DNA of 49,154 bases, taken from NCBI GenBank assembly GCA_965369705.1, contig CBDURF010000002.1, positions 1 through 49,154 of the forward strand, written 5' to 3'. Positions within the stretch are counted from its first letter, which is position 1; every line of letters starts with the position of its first letter. Made by a program: the position numbers and the translations under genes. This document shows, piece by piece, positions 18,445 to 30,010 of this stretch. The stretch comes from an uncultured bacterium. Its GTDB lineage: Bacteria > Krumholzibacteriota > Krumholzibacteriia > LZORAL124-64-63. The notes below the pieces were generated by a model. The model did no database searches. It saw only the letters and a list, made by a program, of their open reading frames with translations, and was not told where the DNA came from.

Positions 18445-19107
18445 TCAAACCCCCCGGTCGACTTCGGGCCAAACGACCCGGTGCAGCTGGATCTGAAAGT
18501 AGACATCGAGACCATCGGCCAGGATCCATTCAGCCAGGTCGGAAGGACGCAATCTTCCCTGGACGGGTGAAAAGGTGATCTCGGCCTCGGGCGGAATCCG
18601 GTCTCCGGCCCGGACGATTTCCCGGCCCCATTCGTAATCGTTCCTGTCCACACAAACGATCTTGACCTCGTCGCCGGAACCCAGGCCGGCGATCCCCTCC
18701 CAGTCGATGAGCTCGGCGGGGATACCACTCCCGGGCGCCTTGAGGTCGACGATCCGGTGCACGCCCGCGGGAACCTGTCCGAGAGGAACGAGTTTATCAT
18801 GCCCGAGGACACCGCTGGTTTCCAGCAGGACCGTGCGACCGTCGGCCAGTAGGGCCGTCAGGAGATCCACGACCTCCGCCTGCAGCAGCGGTTCGCCTCC
18901 CGTCACCAGGACCGTGGGAAATCCGTGGCCCTGGACCTCGGCGAGGATCTCGCGTACACCCAGGGAGCGGCCGCCGGTGAAGGAATGTTCTGAATCGCAC
19001 CAGACGCAGCGGACATGGCATCCCGTCAATCGCACCAGAGTGCAGGACCGCCCGATGAAACGTGACTCCCCGCAGATGGCGACGTATATTTCGTTGATCA
19101 GAAGCAT
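18445..19107 (-). CDS. queE: 7-carboxy-7-deazaguanine synthase (radical SAM)
   Basis: MLINEIYVAICGESRFIGRSCTLVRLTGCHVRCVWCDSEH, the QueE-type Cx3Cx2C cluster. 220 aa from the ATG at 19107. Confidence 0.9.
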   Translation of the reverse strand: MLLINEIYVAICGESRFIGRSCTLVRLTGCHVRCVWCDSEHSFTGGRSLGVREILAEVQGHGFPTVLVTGGEPLLQAEVVDLLTALLADGRTVLLETSGVLGHDKLVPLGQVPAGVHRIVDLKAPGSGIPAELIDWEGIAGLGSGDEVKIVCVDRNDYEWGREIVRAGDRIPPEAEITFSPVQGRLRPSDLAEWILADGLDVYFQIQLHRVVWPEVDRGV

Positions 19108-19172
19108 GATGCTATCCCGACCGGGTTCGTTGCCGATCCCTGAAACGATGGATTCCAAGGAGAGTCACCCAA

Positions 19173-20408
19173 TTGCGAATCATAACCCATGACGCCGCCC
19201 GCCACAATGCGGCCACCGCTGGTTCGGCCCTGTTCCGCTGGGGCATACTGTTCCTTCTGACCCTGACCGTCAGCGCCTGCTCGCGGGATGCGGCCACGGA
19301 AGGAAAGCCGTCATCGCAAGCGGCGGACCCGGTTGCCGATTGTGCCCTGACCACTGACACCAGTGCCTGGACGGCCTTCAAGGAGGTGGCGGACCGGATC
19401 GCCGCAGGGGCGGACGTGACCAAGGAGGAGTTGATTGCCTTCGGCAACCTGCCGACGGTTACTCTCTGGCGCCACAGCATGGAGCCTGGTGGTTTCCCCG
19501 CCCTTCTCGTGGGCAATTGGTTGGAAGGGACCTTCTGGGAAGAGTTGGACCGCAAGGAACGCCAGAAGAGGAGCGCCAACCGCACCATCTTCACTCGCAG
19601 TTACCATTACAGCCTGAACCATCGGGACCGCATCGACCGACGGTTGGCCGAACTGACCGGCCCCCGGAAATGCGACGTCTCTGAAATAGCGCGCTTCTGG
19701 ATCGAACCCGGCCTGTTGCCCCAGACCTTGACCATCCACTTCCTGCCGGCAAAGGCCGAAATCCGGATCTTCGAAGGTTCCCTCCTGGTCGACACCGGAT
19801 TGGTGGGCGCCAGCAGGGTCGATCAACTCATCCGCCAGATGGCTGCTCTCCTCTACAGCAGATATCAGTCCCTACCGGGGCCCAATCCCATCATGGTGGA
19901 AGGCGACGAAGCGGTCGCCCATTCGTTCCGGTTGTTGATGAACGTGGGTGTCGCCTGCTGGATCGAACAGGCCGCCACCCTCGAATTCGATCGCGGGCAT
20001 ATCACCCTCGGCAAGACCGGGAGCATCCCGGAAGAGTTCTTCCTGACGACCCAGGATGCCATCGGTCTTATGAATCGCAAGCTGGGTTCCATGCTGGATG
20101 ATGAGGCCAGGATGGCCGAGGAGGGCACGGCTTTCGCCAAGCGTCTGGCGAGAAGTGAAGCCTTCAGTGCGACCGGCTACGGGATGTCCTCGGTGATCGC
20201 CGCCCGCCTGGGCGAGGACCGTCTCCGGCAGGTGAGTCGTTCGGTTCCCGCTTTCCTGGCCGCCTATCAGGAAGCCGCCGCAGCGAATCCGTTTCCGATC
20301 CCCGTGCCGGGTGATCTCGGCCACGAACTCTTCCAGACTGTTCCGCCCCTGGATCCGGACATCTTCACCAAACTCCACGCCATGCTGACCAGGATTTTCC
20401 CCGACTAG
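19173..20408 (+). CDS. Hypothetical lipoprotein
   Basis: Lipobox LLTLTVSAC-S after a hydrophobic stretch. The TTG start lies 8 nt after AAGGAGAG. I recognise no family with confidence. Confidence 0.6.
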   Translation: MRIITHDAARHNAATAGSALFRWGILFLLTLTVSACSRDAATEGKPSSQAADPVADCALTTDTSAWTAFKEVADRIAAGADVTKEELIAFGNLPTVTLWRHSMEPGGFPALLVGNWLEGTFWEELDRKERQKRSANRTIFTRSYHYSLNHRDRIDRRLAELTGPRKCDVSEIARFWIEPGLLPQTLTIHFLPAKAEIRIFEGSLLVDTGLVGASRVDQLIRQMAALLYSRYQSLPGPNPIMVEGDEAVAHSFRLLMNVGVACWIEQAATLEFDRGHITLGKTGSIPEEFFLTTQDAIGLMNRKLGSMLDDEARMAEEGTAFAKRLARSEAFSATGYGMSSVIAARLGEDRLRQVSRSVPAFLAAYQEAAAANPFPIPVPGDLGHELFQTVPPLDPDIFTKLHAMLTRIFPD

Positions 20409-20423
20409 CGGCTGTTGAGAAAT

Positions 20424-20448
20424 GGGCGGGATCTGAATGATCCCGCCC
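20424..20448. terminator. GC-rich hairpin between convergent genes (bidirectional terminator candidate)
   Basis: gggcgggatc-tgaat-gatcccgccc, a perfect 10-bp stem. There is only a weak T tract, on the minus strand. Confidence 0.5.
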
Positions 20449-20479
20449 CACGCCCACCGGCTTTCCTGTCCTTTTCCCC

Positions 20480-22228
<1,749 letters not shown>

Positions 22229-22276
22229 GGCTGGCTCCTTGTGTGGAGGTGATGAACGACAGCGGGATACACGGAC

Positions 22277-22305
22277 AAAAAAAAACCGCGACTTCAGCCG
22301 CGGTT
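22277..22305 (-). terminator. Rho-independent terminator downstream of tRNA-Asp
   Basis: Minus strand reads aaccgcg-gctgaagt-cgcggtt followed by a run of T (9 A on the plus strand). Confidence 0.8.
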
Positions 22306-22311
22306 GAGAGA

Positions 22312-22389
22312 TGGCGGGAGCGACGAGACTTGAACTCGCGACCTCCGGCTTGACAGGCCGGCGTTCTAACCAAACTGAACTACGCCCCC
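22312..22389 (-). tRNA. tRNA-Asp (anticodon GTC), CCA encoded
   Basis: Hand-folded cloverleaf: GGGGGCG TA GTTC AGTTTGGTTA GAAC G CCGGC CTGTCAA GCCGG AGGTC GCGAG TTCAAGT CTCGT CGCTCCC G CCA. Confidence 0.93.
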
Positions 22390-22411
22390 GCCTAGAATCG
22401 AAAGAGACCGG

Positions 22412-22440
22412 AATATAGCGGCAGCTCTGAGCCATGTCAA
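22412..22440 (-). promoter_or_regulatory. Sigma70-type promoter for tRNA-Asp
   Basis: Minus strand reads TTGACA, a 17-nt spacer (tggctcagagctgccgc), then TATATT. It ends about 22 nt upstream of the mature tRNA 5' end. Confidence 0.6.
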
Positions 22441-22441
22441 A

Positions 22442-23887
22442 TTAATGTTCCGGCCCCGGTGGGCCGGCAATCAGGTCTTCCGGGGCGATATCGTACAGAG
22501 CCACAACCTTCCAGCCCATCCCCAGCAGGCCTTCCAGGTCGGTTTTGAGTGAGGGATGGCCCAGAACCAAACAGACGCCACGGGACGCCAGGCCGTCCAA
22601 AAGGTCCTGCATTTCCGGCAAGGGCCGGTGGGACGACACCAACAGACGATTCCCGGGCCGTAGCGACGGATTCGGGACGGGCGCCATATTTACCGAATGA
22701 AACATCCGGGAAAGGCGGACGTGGATCATTTCCAGCGGGCCGTCACCACGATTCCCGGCATCCTGGCCCGCGGCGGCTCCCCAACGATCCGAACGCGAAA
22801 AATCCAACCACAATAGATCGGCGTCCGGGTCCGGAAAAACCCTTCCGACAGGAGCCCATGACCGCTGCCTTGTTTCCGCATAGGGCCCCGCGGGGAACTC
22901 GCAACCAGCCTGCGTTTCGGCAGCCACTCCGGCTTCCGGACTGCCCGGCCCCCCTGTCAGGGGAAACGCAGCCCAGGGAATGCCCCTGATCAGCAGCCGG
23001 TCGCAACCGGCGGCGGCCAGATGTTCGAACCAGGCCAACGGAAGCGATCCGGGATCGAACAGACCCGTCTCCTGGTTATCGGGCACCGAAACACCAAGGC
23101 GCTGCATGGCCGGTCCCAGGGCGCCCATGGTGATGTCGTCGGCGAAGAAGAGCAGGTGTTCAACATGTCCGGGCCCGAGTTGCCGTTTTGAATTCGAAAT
23201 GAATTTCCGGTCAAGAGTGGCCGGAAGAACATCGGTTTCATTCTCGCGGTGATCAACGAGCAGATGCCCGACCATCACCGCGCCGGCGCCCGCGGTCAGC
23301 CCGCTTTCGAAAGGAGCAGGGAGTCCGCCCCGGTGAACCGCGGTTTCCCCGAGGTGGCTGTCGCCGCTGCTGCCCCCGTGGCCCGGCCAGTGTTTGAGGC
23401 AGACCTTTACGCCCGCTTCGAGCAGCCCGGTGACCGCGGCGACGGTATGCCGGGTCACCAGCGAGGGATCCGAGCCGAAGGAACGGGCGCCGATCACCGG
23501 GTTGCGTGGTTCCGTCAGGACATCGGCCACCGGCGCCAGGACACGATCGATCCCGACCCCGAGAAGACGGGCGCCGGTTTGTGCGAAGACCCGGGCCGTC
23601 AATCCCACGTCATCCAGGACCCCCAGGCTCCTCGCGCTGGGCGGTCTGCCCAGGGCCCCGGCCATTGGGGAAACCGGACCACCCTCGTGGTCGGTCATGA
23701 TTTCCAGACCGGGAACCAACTTACGGAGAATATCGCAAAGATCTTGCAACGTGTTGTAGTTTTTTACGTTACGAGAAAAAAGAATGACACCGGACGGTTG
23801 CCATTCGGCCAGCCAAGCGGACTCGAAGGCCGTTGGCCAGGACCCTTCCAGCCCCACCACGAGCCGCGCGGCGAGGTCCCCGCTCAC
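22442..23887 (-). CDS. nagZ: Glycoside hydrolase family 3 protein, beta-N-acetylhexosaminidase-like, with an extra C-terminal domain
   Basis: KHWPGHGGSSGDSH catalytic-region motif and a GH3 N-terminal domain. The proposed GTG start at 23887 overlaps the spoIID-like stop (GTGA). An ORF start as far upstream as 23986 is possible. Confidence 0.8.
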   Translation of the reverse strand: MSGDLAARLVVGLEGSWPTAFESAWLAEWQPSGVILFSRNVKNYNTLQDLCDILRKLVPGLEIMTDHEGGPVSPMAGALGRPPSARSLGVLDDVGLTARVFAQTGARLLGVGIDRVLAPVADVLTEPRNPVIGARSFGSDPSLVTRHTVAAVTGLLEAGVKVCLKHWPGHGGSSGDSHLGETAVHRGGLPAPFESGLTAGAGAVMVGHLLVDHRENETDVLPATLDRKFISNSKRQLGPGHVEHLLFFADDITMGALGPAMQRLGVSVPDNQETGLFDPGSLPLAWFEHLAAAGCDRLLIRGIPWAAFPLTGGPGSPEAGVAAETQAGCEFPAGPYAETRQRSWAPVGRVFPDPDADLLWLDFSRSDRWGAAAGQDAGNRGDGPLEMIHVRLSRMFHSVNMAPVPNPSLRPGNRLLVSSHRPLPEMQDLLDGLASRGVCLVLGHPSLKTDLEGLLGMGWKVVALYDIAPEDLIAGPPGPEH

Positions 23888-25299
23888 GGACCCACCTCGT
23901 CCAAGACGGCTCCGGGATAATAATGGGCCAGGATTTCCCGCACGTTCTTGCCCTGTTCCGCCATGACCAGGGCTCCGGTCTGGCACAACCCGATTCCGTG
24001 GCCGTATCCCCGGCCCCGGGTCGCCACCTCCACCAGACGGTCGCCGTCCCTGACCAGTTCCACTTCGAACATCGCGCTGCGCAGGATGAAAGGGTTTCCA
24101 TCCGCCGGCTTGAGAACCCAGCGCACCCGGTCCCCCCTCACGTGGTAGACACCCGCATCGGTGGTGACCGCGAGTCGAGCCACCCGACCGCTGGTTGTCC
24201 TGGCCAGGATTTCCAGATTTCTCAACCCGCCGGGCCTGTCGGCGGAAGCCGATCCGTCCCGGGGCGAAAACACCGGACCCGCCCAGTCGATCCTGCCCGG
24301 CTGGGTCATGTACTTCACGTATTCAGGAAGGCTCTTCCGCATGATCTCTTCCAGCCGTTGCGCTGTCCAGACTTCCCGCCAGTGGAAGTGACGGGAGGTG
24401 GAGCAGTAGGCCTCCTCATCCTTACCGGGACCGTCCGGCTTGCTGATCAGATAAGGCTTGGGCCCACGCGCCCAGACTTCTTCGATGTTGCTGGACACGC
24501 CTCCGCAGCAGGCGCTGTAGTAGGCGTCAATCTCCTGGTCTTCGAAACGCAATACCAGCCCAGCGGTATTTTCAACCGCGAAATTACAGAGGGGATCCTC
24601 GTCGGCGGCTCCCTTGTAGACCTGGTCCTGGACGCTGGCGTACACGTCGAAGCCGCGACTCTTCCGGGTGCCGAGGTGTGAAATGGTGTAGGTGCGGGCG
24701 GCCACGGCCTGGGCCTCCAGGGCGGCCAGCCGATTGCGATCATGGCGGCCGATTTCCCAGGGCACCACACCCCGAAGATAAGACTCCAGGTCCAGGTTGT
24801 TGACCAGAGTGAGTCCCCTGCCGCCGGGGGTCGGCCGCACCAGGAATTCCCCCCGGTACTCGGATTCACCGTGGATCACCCGGTGCCCGGGATCCAGGGG
24901 CTGGAGGATCACCGTTTCGGAGGTGCCCCGCAAACCACCCGCCCGCCAGGCGACCTGGCCACCGTCCCGCGTACAGACCACCTTGCCCGGCCCATCCAGA
25001 CGAGCCAGACGACGCCCGCTGGCGCCGTCCAGGATCAACGACGCGCCGTTGGCGGATAATTCCAGGGAGTTTTCCTTTTCGAGAAGACCGACCCCCAGCA
25101 GGGTTGGTGTCCCTGCCGCCGGCGCCAGGTCCGGCAAAGGTTCAGTTTCAACGGGCTGGGTGCGCTTGGGCCCGGCGCACCCGCCCAGCCCAAAGCCCGT
25201 CAGGGCCAGGCTGGTCAGGACCAGGCTCATCAAGGCAACACGCCACAGGACAAGGCCGTCCCGGGCGAATACATCATGCAGGGTCGAGATCCGTCTCAT
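23884..25299 (-). CDS. SpoIID/LytB-domain lipoprotein (peptidoglycan lytic transglycosylase / amidase enhancer family)
   Basis: AQAVAARTYTISH...FDVYASVQDQVYKG...AYYSACCGG motifs. Lipobox GLGGC-A. GGAAGGGG lies before the ATG at 25299. Confidence 0.9.
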   Translation of the reverse strand: MRRISTLHDVFARDGLVLWRVALMSLVLTSLALTGFGLGGCAGPKRTQPVETEPLPDLAPAAGTPTLLGVGLLEKENSLELSANGASLILDGASGRRLARLDGPGKVVCTRDGGQVAWRAGGLRGTSETVILQPLDPGHRVIHGESEYRGEFLVRPTPGGRGLTLVNNLDLESYLRGVVPWEIGRHDRNRLAALEAQAVAARTYTISHLGTRKSRGFDVYASVQDQVYKGAADEDPLCNFAVENTAGLVLRFEDQEIDAYYSACCGGVSSNIEEVWARGPKPYLISKPDGPGKDEEAYCSTSRHFHWREVWTAQRLEEIMRKSLPEYVKYMTQPGRIDWAGPVFSPRDGSASADRPGGLRNLEILARTTSGRVARLAVTTDAGVYHVRGDRVRWVLKPADGNPFILRSAMFEVELVRDGDRLVEVATRGRGYGHGIGLCQTGALVMAEQGKNVREILAHYYPGAVLDEVGP

Positions 25300-25348
25300 T
25301 CCACCCCTTCCAGGCTGAAAGCCAGCCTGCCACCGGCAAAGGGCAAAG

Positions 25349-28300
25349 TCAACGCATCATCACCAGCCGCTGCATGTCACTGGCCACGACACCCTCGCTG
25401 GTGTCGATCTCCACCCGGTACAGATAGGTTCCGTTGCCCATCTCATCCCCGACATTGTCCCGCCCGTCCCATTCCACGATTCCCGACTCGCCGCCGATGA
25501 ACCGGAAGGGGATGCGGGCAACGGGACGGCCGGCGACCGAAAAGACCCGGATAGTGCCGGAACCGGAAGCCAGTCCGCGCGTCCCGAAAACGAACCGGGT
25601 GACCTCACGCATGGGGTTCGGAAAATTGTAGACCACGCCGAAGGCCTGATCGATGGCGTCCCCGGTGCCCTCTTGAAGCACCAGATCGGTCGGATAGCCG
25701 TCGATCGTCAGCACGACCATGTGCTCATCGTCCGCGTTCTGCGTCGGCGACGTGGCCGTGAAATTCACCGTCAGATGCTGATTCTTGTCCAGCAGGAACG
25801 CCACGTCCGTCAGGGTGAGCGTCTCACTGTCCAGGGCGAAGTCGGCGTCAGGGTCGTACCCCAGCAACCAGGCCGCGCTGGTGACCTGGGAATTGAAGCG
25901 GAGCGGCGTGTCGGCGGGAAACACGAAAGTCGCGGGGTCGATGGCGCTGCCGCCGATCGAAAACACCGCGGTCTGGGGCATCTTCAGAACGAGTTCGTAA
26001 TGCCGGTCGGTTTCCAGGGGTCCGCCGGTATCCCAGACCTTGACCGTCAGGTCGTGATCGAAGGGCCGCACCGGTACCTGCAGGCTGTAGTGCACCACTT
26101 GGTGCCCCGTCGCCCCGGGCGGCAGGGTTTCGGTGACGATATTCCCGGTCAGGTCCACTCCGTCGGAGCCCTTGACCTGGATGCGGTCGATACCGGCTTC
26201 ATCCTTGGCGGTCACGGTCACCGTGCGCACGTTGGTCTCATCGGTGGCGAAGATCTCGGCCTCGCCGGAAATCTCCTGGTCCGGCGAACCGACCAGGGTG
26301 GCGGTGACCTGCGCCTCGCCCGCGTCCAGCCCCATCAGGGGATCGCCCAGGATGACGTACTGGGAAACCATTTCCTGGGTGATGCTTCCCGGGGTCACCG
26401 CGTAGACATCGGCCTCGGCCGCCCACATCAACTCGCCCAGAGCCCAGCGACTGCGAAACTCGGCTCCGGCGCCCACGGAACGCTGGGCGGGGGGATTGAC
26501 CATCCAGCGCCGAAAGATGTACTCCCCGAACTTCCTGTTCTCGGCGATGTATTCATAACCCGAACTGCCATAGGTCGCCGAGGCGCCGGCCCGCGACCTT
26601 AAAAGAAATTTCTCGGAGATTGACCGTTCATGCGCCCTGGTGCTGGATTCCACCGTATTCTGGGCCCAGTCGGCGATATGACAACCCAACCCCATGAATA
26701 CCCAGGGTTTGTCGGTGTTGCCGATCTTGTCCACATCCCGGCGCCCCAAGCCGTCGTTCCTGTCCTTAAGCCAGTATTCCGAAGACAGGAGGTAGGTATT
26801 GGCGTGACCCTGGTAATGGGCCACCAAGCCTCCTTCGCTGAGTTTGGCCAGCAGGATCGGGGTGGCGGCGGCGGCCGTGTAGCTCTGGACATCCCTCATG
26901 TTGCGTGCCTCGGGCGTCGGAGGCGGCGGATCATAGGGGAAGGCCGGATCCAAGGTGTCTTCCAACAGCACCAGAACACTGTCCAGGACTACCGGCGAAC
27001 CGCTGCGCCACAGCCGGGAAAGGGAATCCCGCTCGCTCATGGCGAAAACGTATTCGTTAAACTGGTAGACAAGGGTACTGAGGGCTTGGTCCCCGTACCC
27101 GTTTGACCACCGGTCGTCGGCGAAGAAGATGCCCTTGCGGCGCCAGGCCTGGTCGGCCGCCACGTTTTCCACGGTCATGACCTTGTCGATCATGATGTCG
27201 AGCTCGGCCACCGAGTTGCAGGGAAACCGGCCGGAGTACATGGCCCAGGGACCATACACATCGGCAGGGAAATTATCCTCGGGGTAGTTCATGCCCGATT
27301 CAAGGGTAACATACCATTTGTCCGAGGCCATCAGCTCAGGCGCGTAACTGAGCGCCGTCTGCACATGGTAATGGGTCGGCACCCAGTCCTTGGACCAGGC
27401 GCGGGCCGAAGGAAGCACCCCCTTTTCCAGGACGTTTTCGTTCGCGTCCCCCACCATGGTCAGGGCCCAGCTGTTCCAGCGGGTGATGGCATGGGTCACG
27501 AAGCGTTTGAGGGCCCAGGGATCCTTCAACCCACCACTGTACCAGTCGAACAGGTCCTCCACATCCACCACGTGGACAATGAGGTTCCCGCCTGCCCGGC
27601 TTATGCGGTGCTCGATCCACCGGTCCAGGGCGGCCCGGAAGGTGGGATGGGTGATCACGATCAGATCGGGAGCCGGACCCGCCAGGTCGGTGGGATTGGT
27701 CGGGTCCGCGGCCACGGACGACAGGTGAGACGGGAATTCGTCCACGCCGTCGGTGGAAAAATTCCCCACGGCGGCGAAGGAGCGTGTCGGCCCGGATTGG
27801 TCCGGCATCACCGACAGGGTCCAGGTCAAGCCATCGGACGTCGTGATATTGCCCCCGCCGAGTTCCACCACCACCGGCTGCCGCGGATCGGTCACCTCGA
27901 TAAGACCGATGTTCGCGGAATTGAAACCGGTCACTTCCACCGGCTGCGGCCCGAGGCCGGCGCCGCAGTTGAAGGAGATCCTATTGTTGGTCGCCTGATA
28001 CAGGGCGTCGTAGGAGATCTTGATCCAATTCAGGAAGCTCAACACAATGGTTCCACGCGGGTTGTACATGCGGATTTCGGCATGATCGCCCAAGATGGCC
28101 GCCGGAGGCACGGAATAGTGAAGGGTGTCCTCATAGATGCTCGCCTGGACATGATCTCCCAGGTGCGTGGTCAAACTCGAGTCGGTGATCAGGTCGAAGC
28201 GCAGGGCCCTGCCCGAGTTGTTCAGGCCCACGACACCGATCTTGATTTCCACGTCGGATCCGGTCGGATCCGGGGCCCACAGTGTATTGATGCCCGCACG

Positions 28301-29791
28301 GACATCCAACGCGCGCACGGTGTTGAGGTAGAGGCGATCGACCCACACTTTGGGCAGATTCTCCCGGAAAGCCGGCTGTTCCTCGATGCGTTCGCTATGG
28401 CGATAACCGGACAGAGGGGTGCCCGTGGCCGCGGGCAGGGTGGTTTTCGCCATCCGGGACCAGGGCTGGCCCGCTTCGGCCTCGCTAGCGGCCAGCCAAT
28501 AGACGTTGGCTGCGTTTTTCATCTCCCAGGCGTCGCCGCAGCCGGGTATGGTTTCCGGCCCGTTCCCGAGGTCCGCGACATGGGACCCGTCGTCCCGCAG
28601 ACGCAAGCCGTAGAAGACGAAGAAATCGTCCCCATCGAAATTGTCCCCTTCCCCGACCATGTGGATGGGCACCTCGACCACCACGTACGGAGCCTGCCCC
28701 GATCCGTCGTCGAGAGCCGGGTTGTAACGGCGTTGATAGAGCCGGATCTGATCCTCGCGGATCACACCCTCGGGCAGAAGCCCTCGTGAATTCAGTCGGT
28801 CATAGGTCACGCGCACGAGTCCTGTCTTCCAGACCGCAAGCCGGGTTTCGGGTCCCAGCAGGGTTCCGGTCTTCCCGCCCCGCACCTTGTCCAGGCTGGA
28901 TTCATCGGCATCCTGGAAAGATGAGAAATCAACCCCCTGCCATGCCGCTTCGGTGGGCAATCGAGTCAACAGCTCATCATTCAGGAAGATGCCGCCGAAC
29001 CTGTCGTCGTTGCTGGTCGAGGACTTGCGGGCGTGGGCAGCCGTGATTGACCGGCCGGCGGAGGCGTCGGGCACGAAACGGATTTCCCAGGTACCGCCCG
29101 CGAGCACTTGTCCCGCCACGCCGGCCCCGTCGTGGCGAATGGGAACCACCTGATAGGATACGATGCGCCGCCCACGCCACCAGACCACCTTACCAAGGGT
29201 CACCGCGGTGGAGGCGGAGGCCCTCCCACGGCGGGCCAGGGCCTCGAGAGCCGTGGCCGGGATGACAGCGTCGGTGGGAGGTTCCTCGCCGGGAAGCACC
29301 AAAATTTCGGAGGCGGAATTGTCCCAGGATTCAGCGCCCTGGATGATGACCGGCACGCTTGACAACATCAGGGGACGGTCGCCCGCGGGCATCCACCGCT
29401 CTTCGATGGTCCTCAGTTCCGGGCGCGTTCCCGGAGGCACGACGACCCATCCACCATTACGCGGCAGACTGGGATGGCCCGGCTCACCGGAAGACACGAA
29501 CCCCGCCATGCTCACCTCATAAAGCGTAACAGGCGGGTCCCCGACGGTGCGGGGCGTCCAGACGGGATCGAGTCCCTTGACCGAGAAACGCAGCGCGTCC
29601 GGTCCGCTCGATATGTCGGAGATCCACGCCGCACCGTTTTCTGCTGCATCGGCGGCTGCAGCAACGGCAGGGGCCAGAGGAAAACCCAGAACGAGAAGTC
29701 CCAGAAGGATCCCCCGGCAAATTTGCGGGGTCAAACTCCGGGGATGGGAATTGCGGGTCAAATGGGTTAGACGATACACAGAACCATCCAT
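25349..29791 (-). CDS. Very large secreted peptidase C25 (gingipain-like cysteine protease) with a FlgD-Ig / T9SS type-A-like C-terminal domain
   Basis: C25 core runs from DLIVITHPTFRAALDRWIEHR to TMVGDANE. Candidate catalytic His is in YQGHANTY (codon 26804-26806). Candidate catalytic Cys is in MGLGCHIADW (codon 26681-26683). The last ~95 aa (25352-25636) read VYNFPNPM...IRVFSVAGRPVARI...VEWDGRDNVGDEMGNGTYLYRVEI. The signal-like segment is ILLGLLVLGFPLAPAVAAAADA. AGGAGA lies 5 nt before the ATG at 29791. Alternative starts are 29863 and 29890. Confidence 0.85.
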   Translation of the reverse strand: MDGSVYRLTHLTRNSHPRSLTPQICRGILLGLLVLGFPLAPAVAAAADAAENGAAWISDISSGPDALRFSVKGLDPVWTPRTVGDPPVTLYEVSMAGFVSSGEPGHPSLPRNGGWVVVPPGTRPELRTIEERWMPAGDRPLMLSSVPVIIQGAESWDNSASEILVLPGEEPPTDAVIPATALEALARRGRASASTAVTLGKVVWWRGRRIVSYQVVPIRHDGAGVAGQVLAGGTWEIRFVPDASAGRSITAAHARKSSTSNDDRFGGIFLNDELLTRLPTEAAWQGVDFSSFQDADESSLDKVRGGKTGTLLGPETRLAVWKTGLVRVTYDRLNSRGLLPEGVIREDQIRLYQRRYNPALDDGSGQAPYVVVEVPIHMVGEGDNFDGDDFFVFYGLRLRDDGSHVADLGNGPETIPGCGDAWEMKNAANVYWLAASEAEAGQPWSRMAKTTLPAATGTPLSGYRHSERIEEQPAFRENLPKVWVDRLYLNTVRALDVRAGINTLWAPDPTGSDVEIKIGVVGLNNSGRALRFDLITDSSLTTHLGDHVQASIYEDTLHYSVPPAAILGDHAEIRMYNPRGTIVLSFLNWIKISYDALYQATNNRISFNCGAGLGPQPVEVTGFNSANIGLIEVTDPRQPVVVELGGGNITTSDGLTWTLSVMPDQSGPTRSFAAVGNFSTDGVDEFPSHLSSVAADPTNPTDLAGPAPDLIVITHPTFRAALDRWIEHRISRAGGNLIVHVVDVEDLFDWYSGGLKDPWALKRFVTHAITRWNSWALTMVGDANENVLEKGVLPSARAWSKDWVPTHYHVQTALSYAPELMASDKWYVTLESGMNYPEDNFPADVYGPWAMYSGRFPCNSVAELDIMIDKVMTVENVAADQAWRRKGIFFADDRWSNGYGDQALSTLVYQFNEYVFAMSERDSLSRLWRSGSPVVLDSVLVLLEDTLDPAFPYDPPPPTPEARNMRDVQSYTAAAATPILLAKLSEGGLVAHYQGHANTYLLSSEYWLKDRNDGLGRRDVDKIGNTDKPWVFMGLGCHIADWAQNTVESSTRAHERSISEKFLLRSRAGASATYGSSGYEYIAENRKFGEYIFRRWMVNPPAQRSVGAGAEFRSRWALGELMWAAEADVYAVTPGSITQEMVSQYVILGDPLMGLDAGEAQVTATLVGSPDQEISGEAEIFATDETNVRTVTVTAKDEAGIDRIQVKGSDGVDLTGNIVTETLPPGATGHQVVHYSLQVPVRPFDHDLTVKVWDTGGPLETDRHYELVLKMPQTAVFSIGGSAIDPATFVFPADTPLRFNSQVTSAAWLLGYDPDADFALDSETLTLTDVAFLLDKNQHLTVNFTATSPTQNADDEHMVVLTIDGYPTDLVLQEGTGDAIDQAFGVVYNFPNPMREVTRFVFGTRGLASGSGTIRVFSVAGRPVARIPFRFIGGESGIVEWDGRDNVGDEMGNGTYLYRVEIDTSEGVVASDMQRLVMMR

Positions 29792-29921
29792 TCCGGTCTC
29801 CTGGACAGAAGTTGCTGAATGATCGATCAGGGGCAGGCACGGCCCGGTTGGGCATACTTTCATTATAGGACCGAATGAAAGCGGGGTCAATGACTTGCCC
29901 CCGGAAATCAGGCGTGGAAGA

Positions 29922-29962
29922 GGAAAAACAAACGAAAGGGGCGGGTCAACCCGCCCCTTTCG
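29922..29962 (-). terminator. Strong Rho-independent terminator after secreted-protein gene A
   Basis: Minus strand reads cgaaaggggcggg-ttga-cccgcccctttcg followed by tttgttttt. Confidence 0.85.
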
Positions 29963-30010
29963 ACAATCACGGAACCGGAATCAATCCGGATATCCTTTCA
30001 AGCAAGCTCC

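Noticed and set aside
19108-19172. Possible preQ1 riboswitch upstream of queE-queC.
   Set aside because: The ~65-nt divergent spacer lacks the preQ1-I/II consensus. There is no small hairpin followed by an A-rich tail ending in a CTA/Shine-Dalgarno pairing.
22229-22435. N-terminal extension of the M49-like peptidase ORF (651-aa version).
   Set aside because: The extension reads straight through tRNA-Asp and its terminator. The Shine-Dalgarno-preceded ATG at 22228 gives a proper lipoprotein signal peptide.
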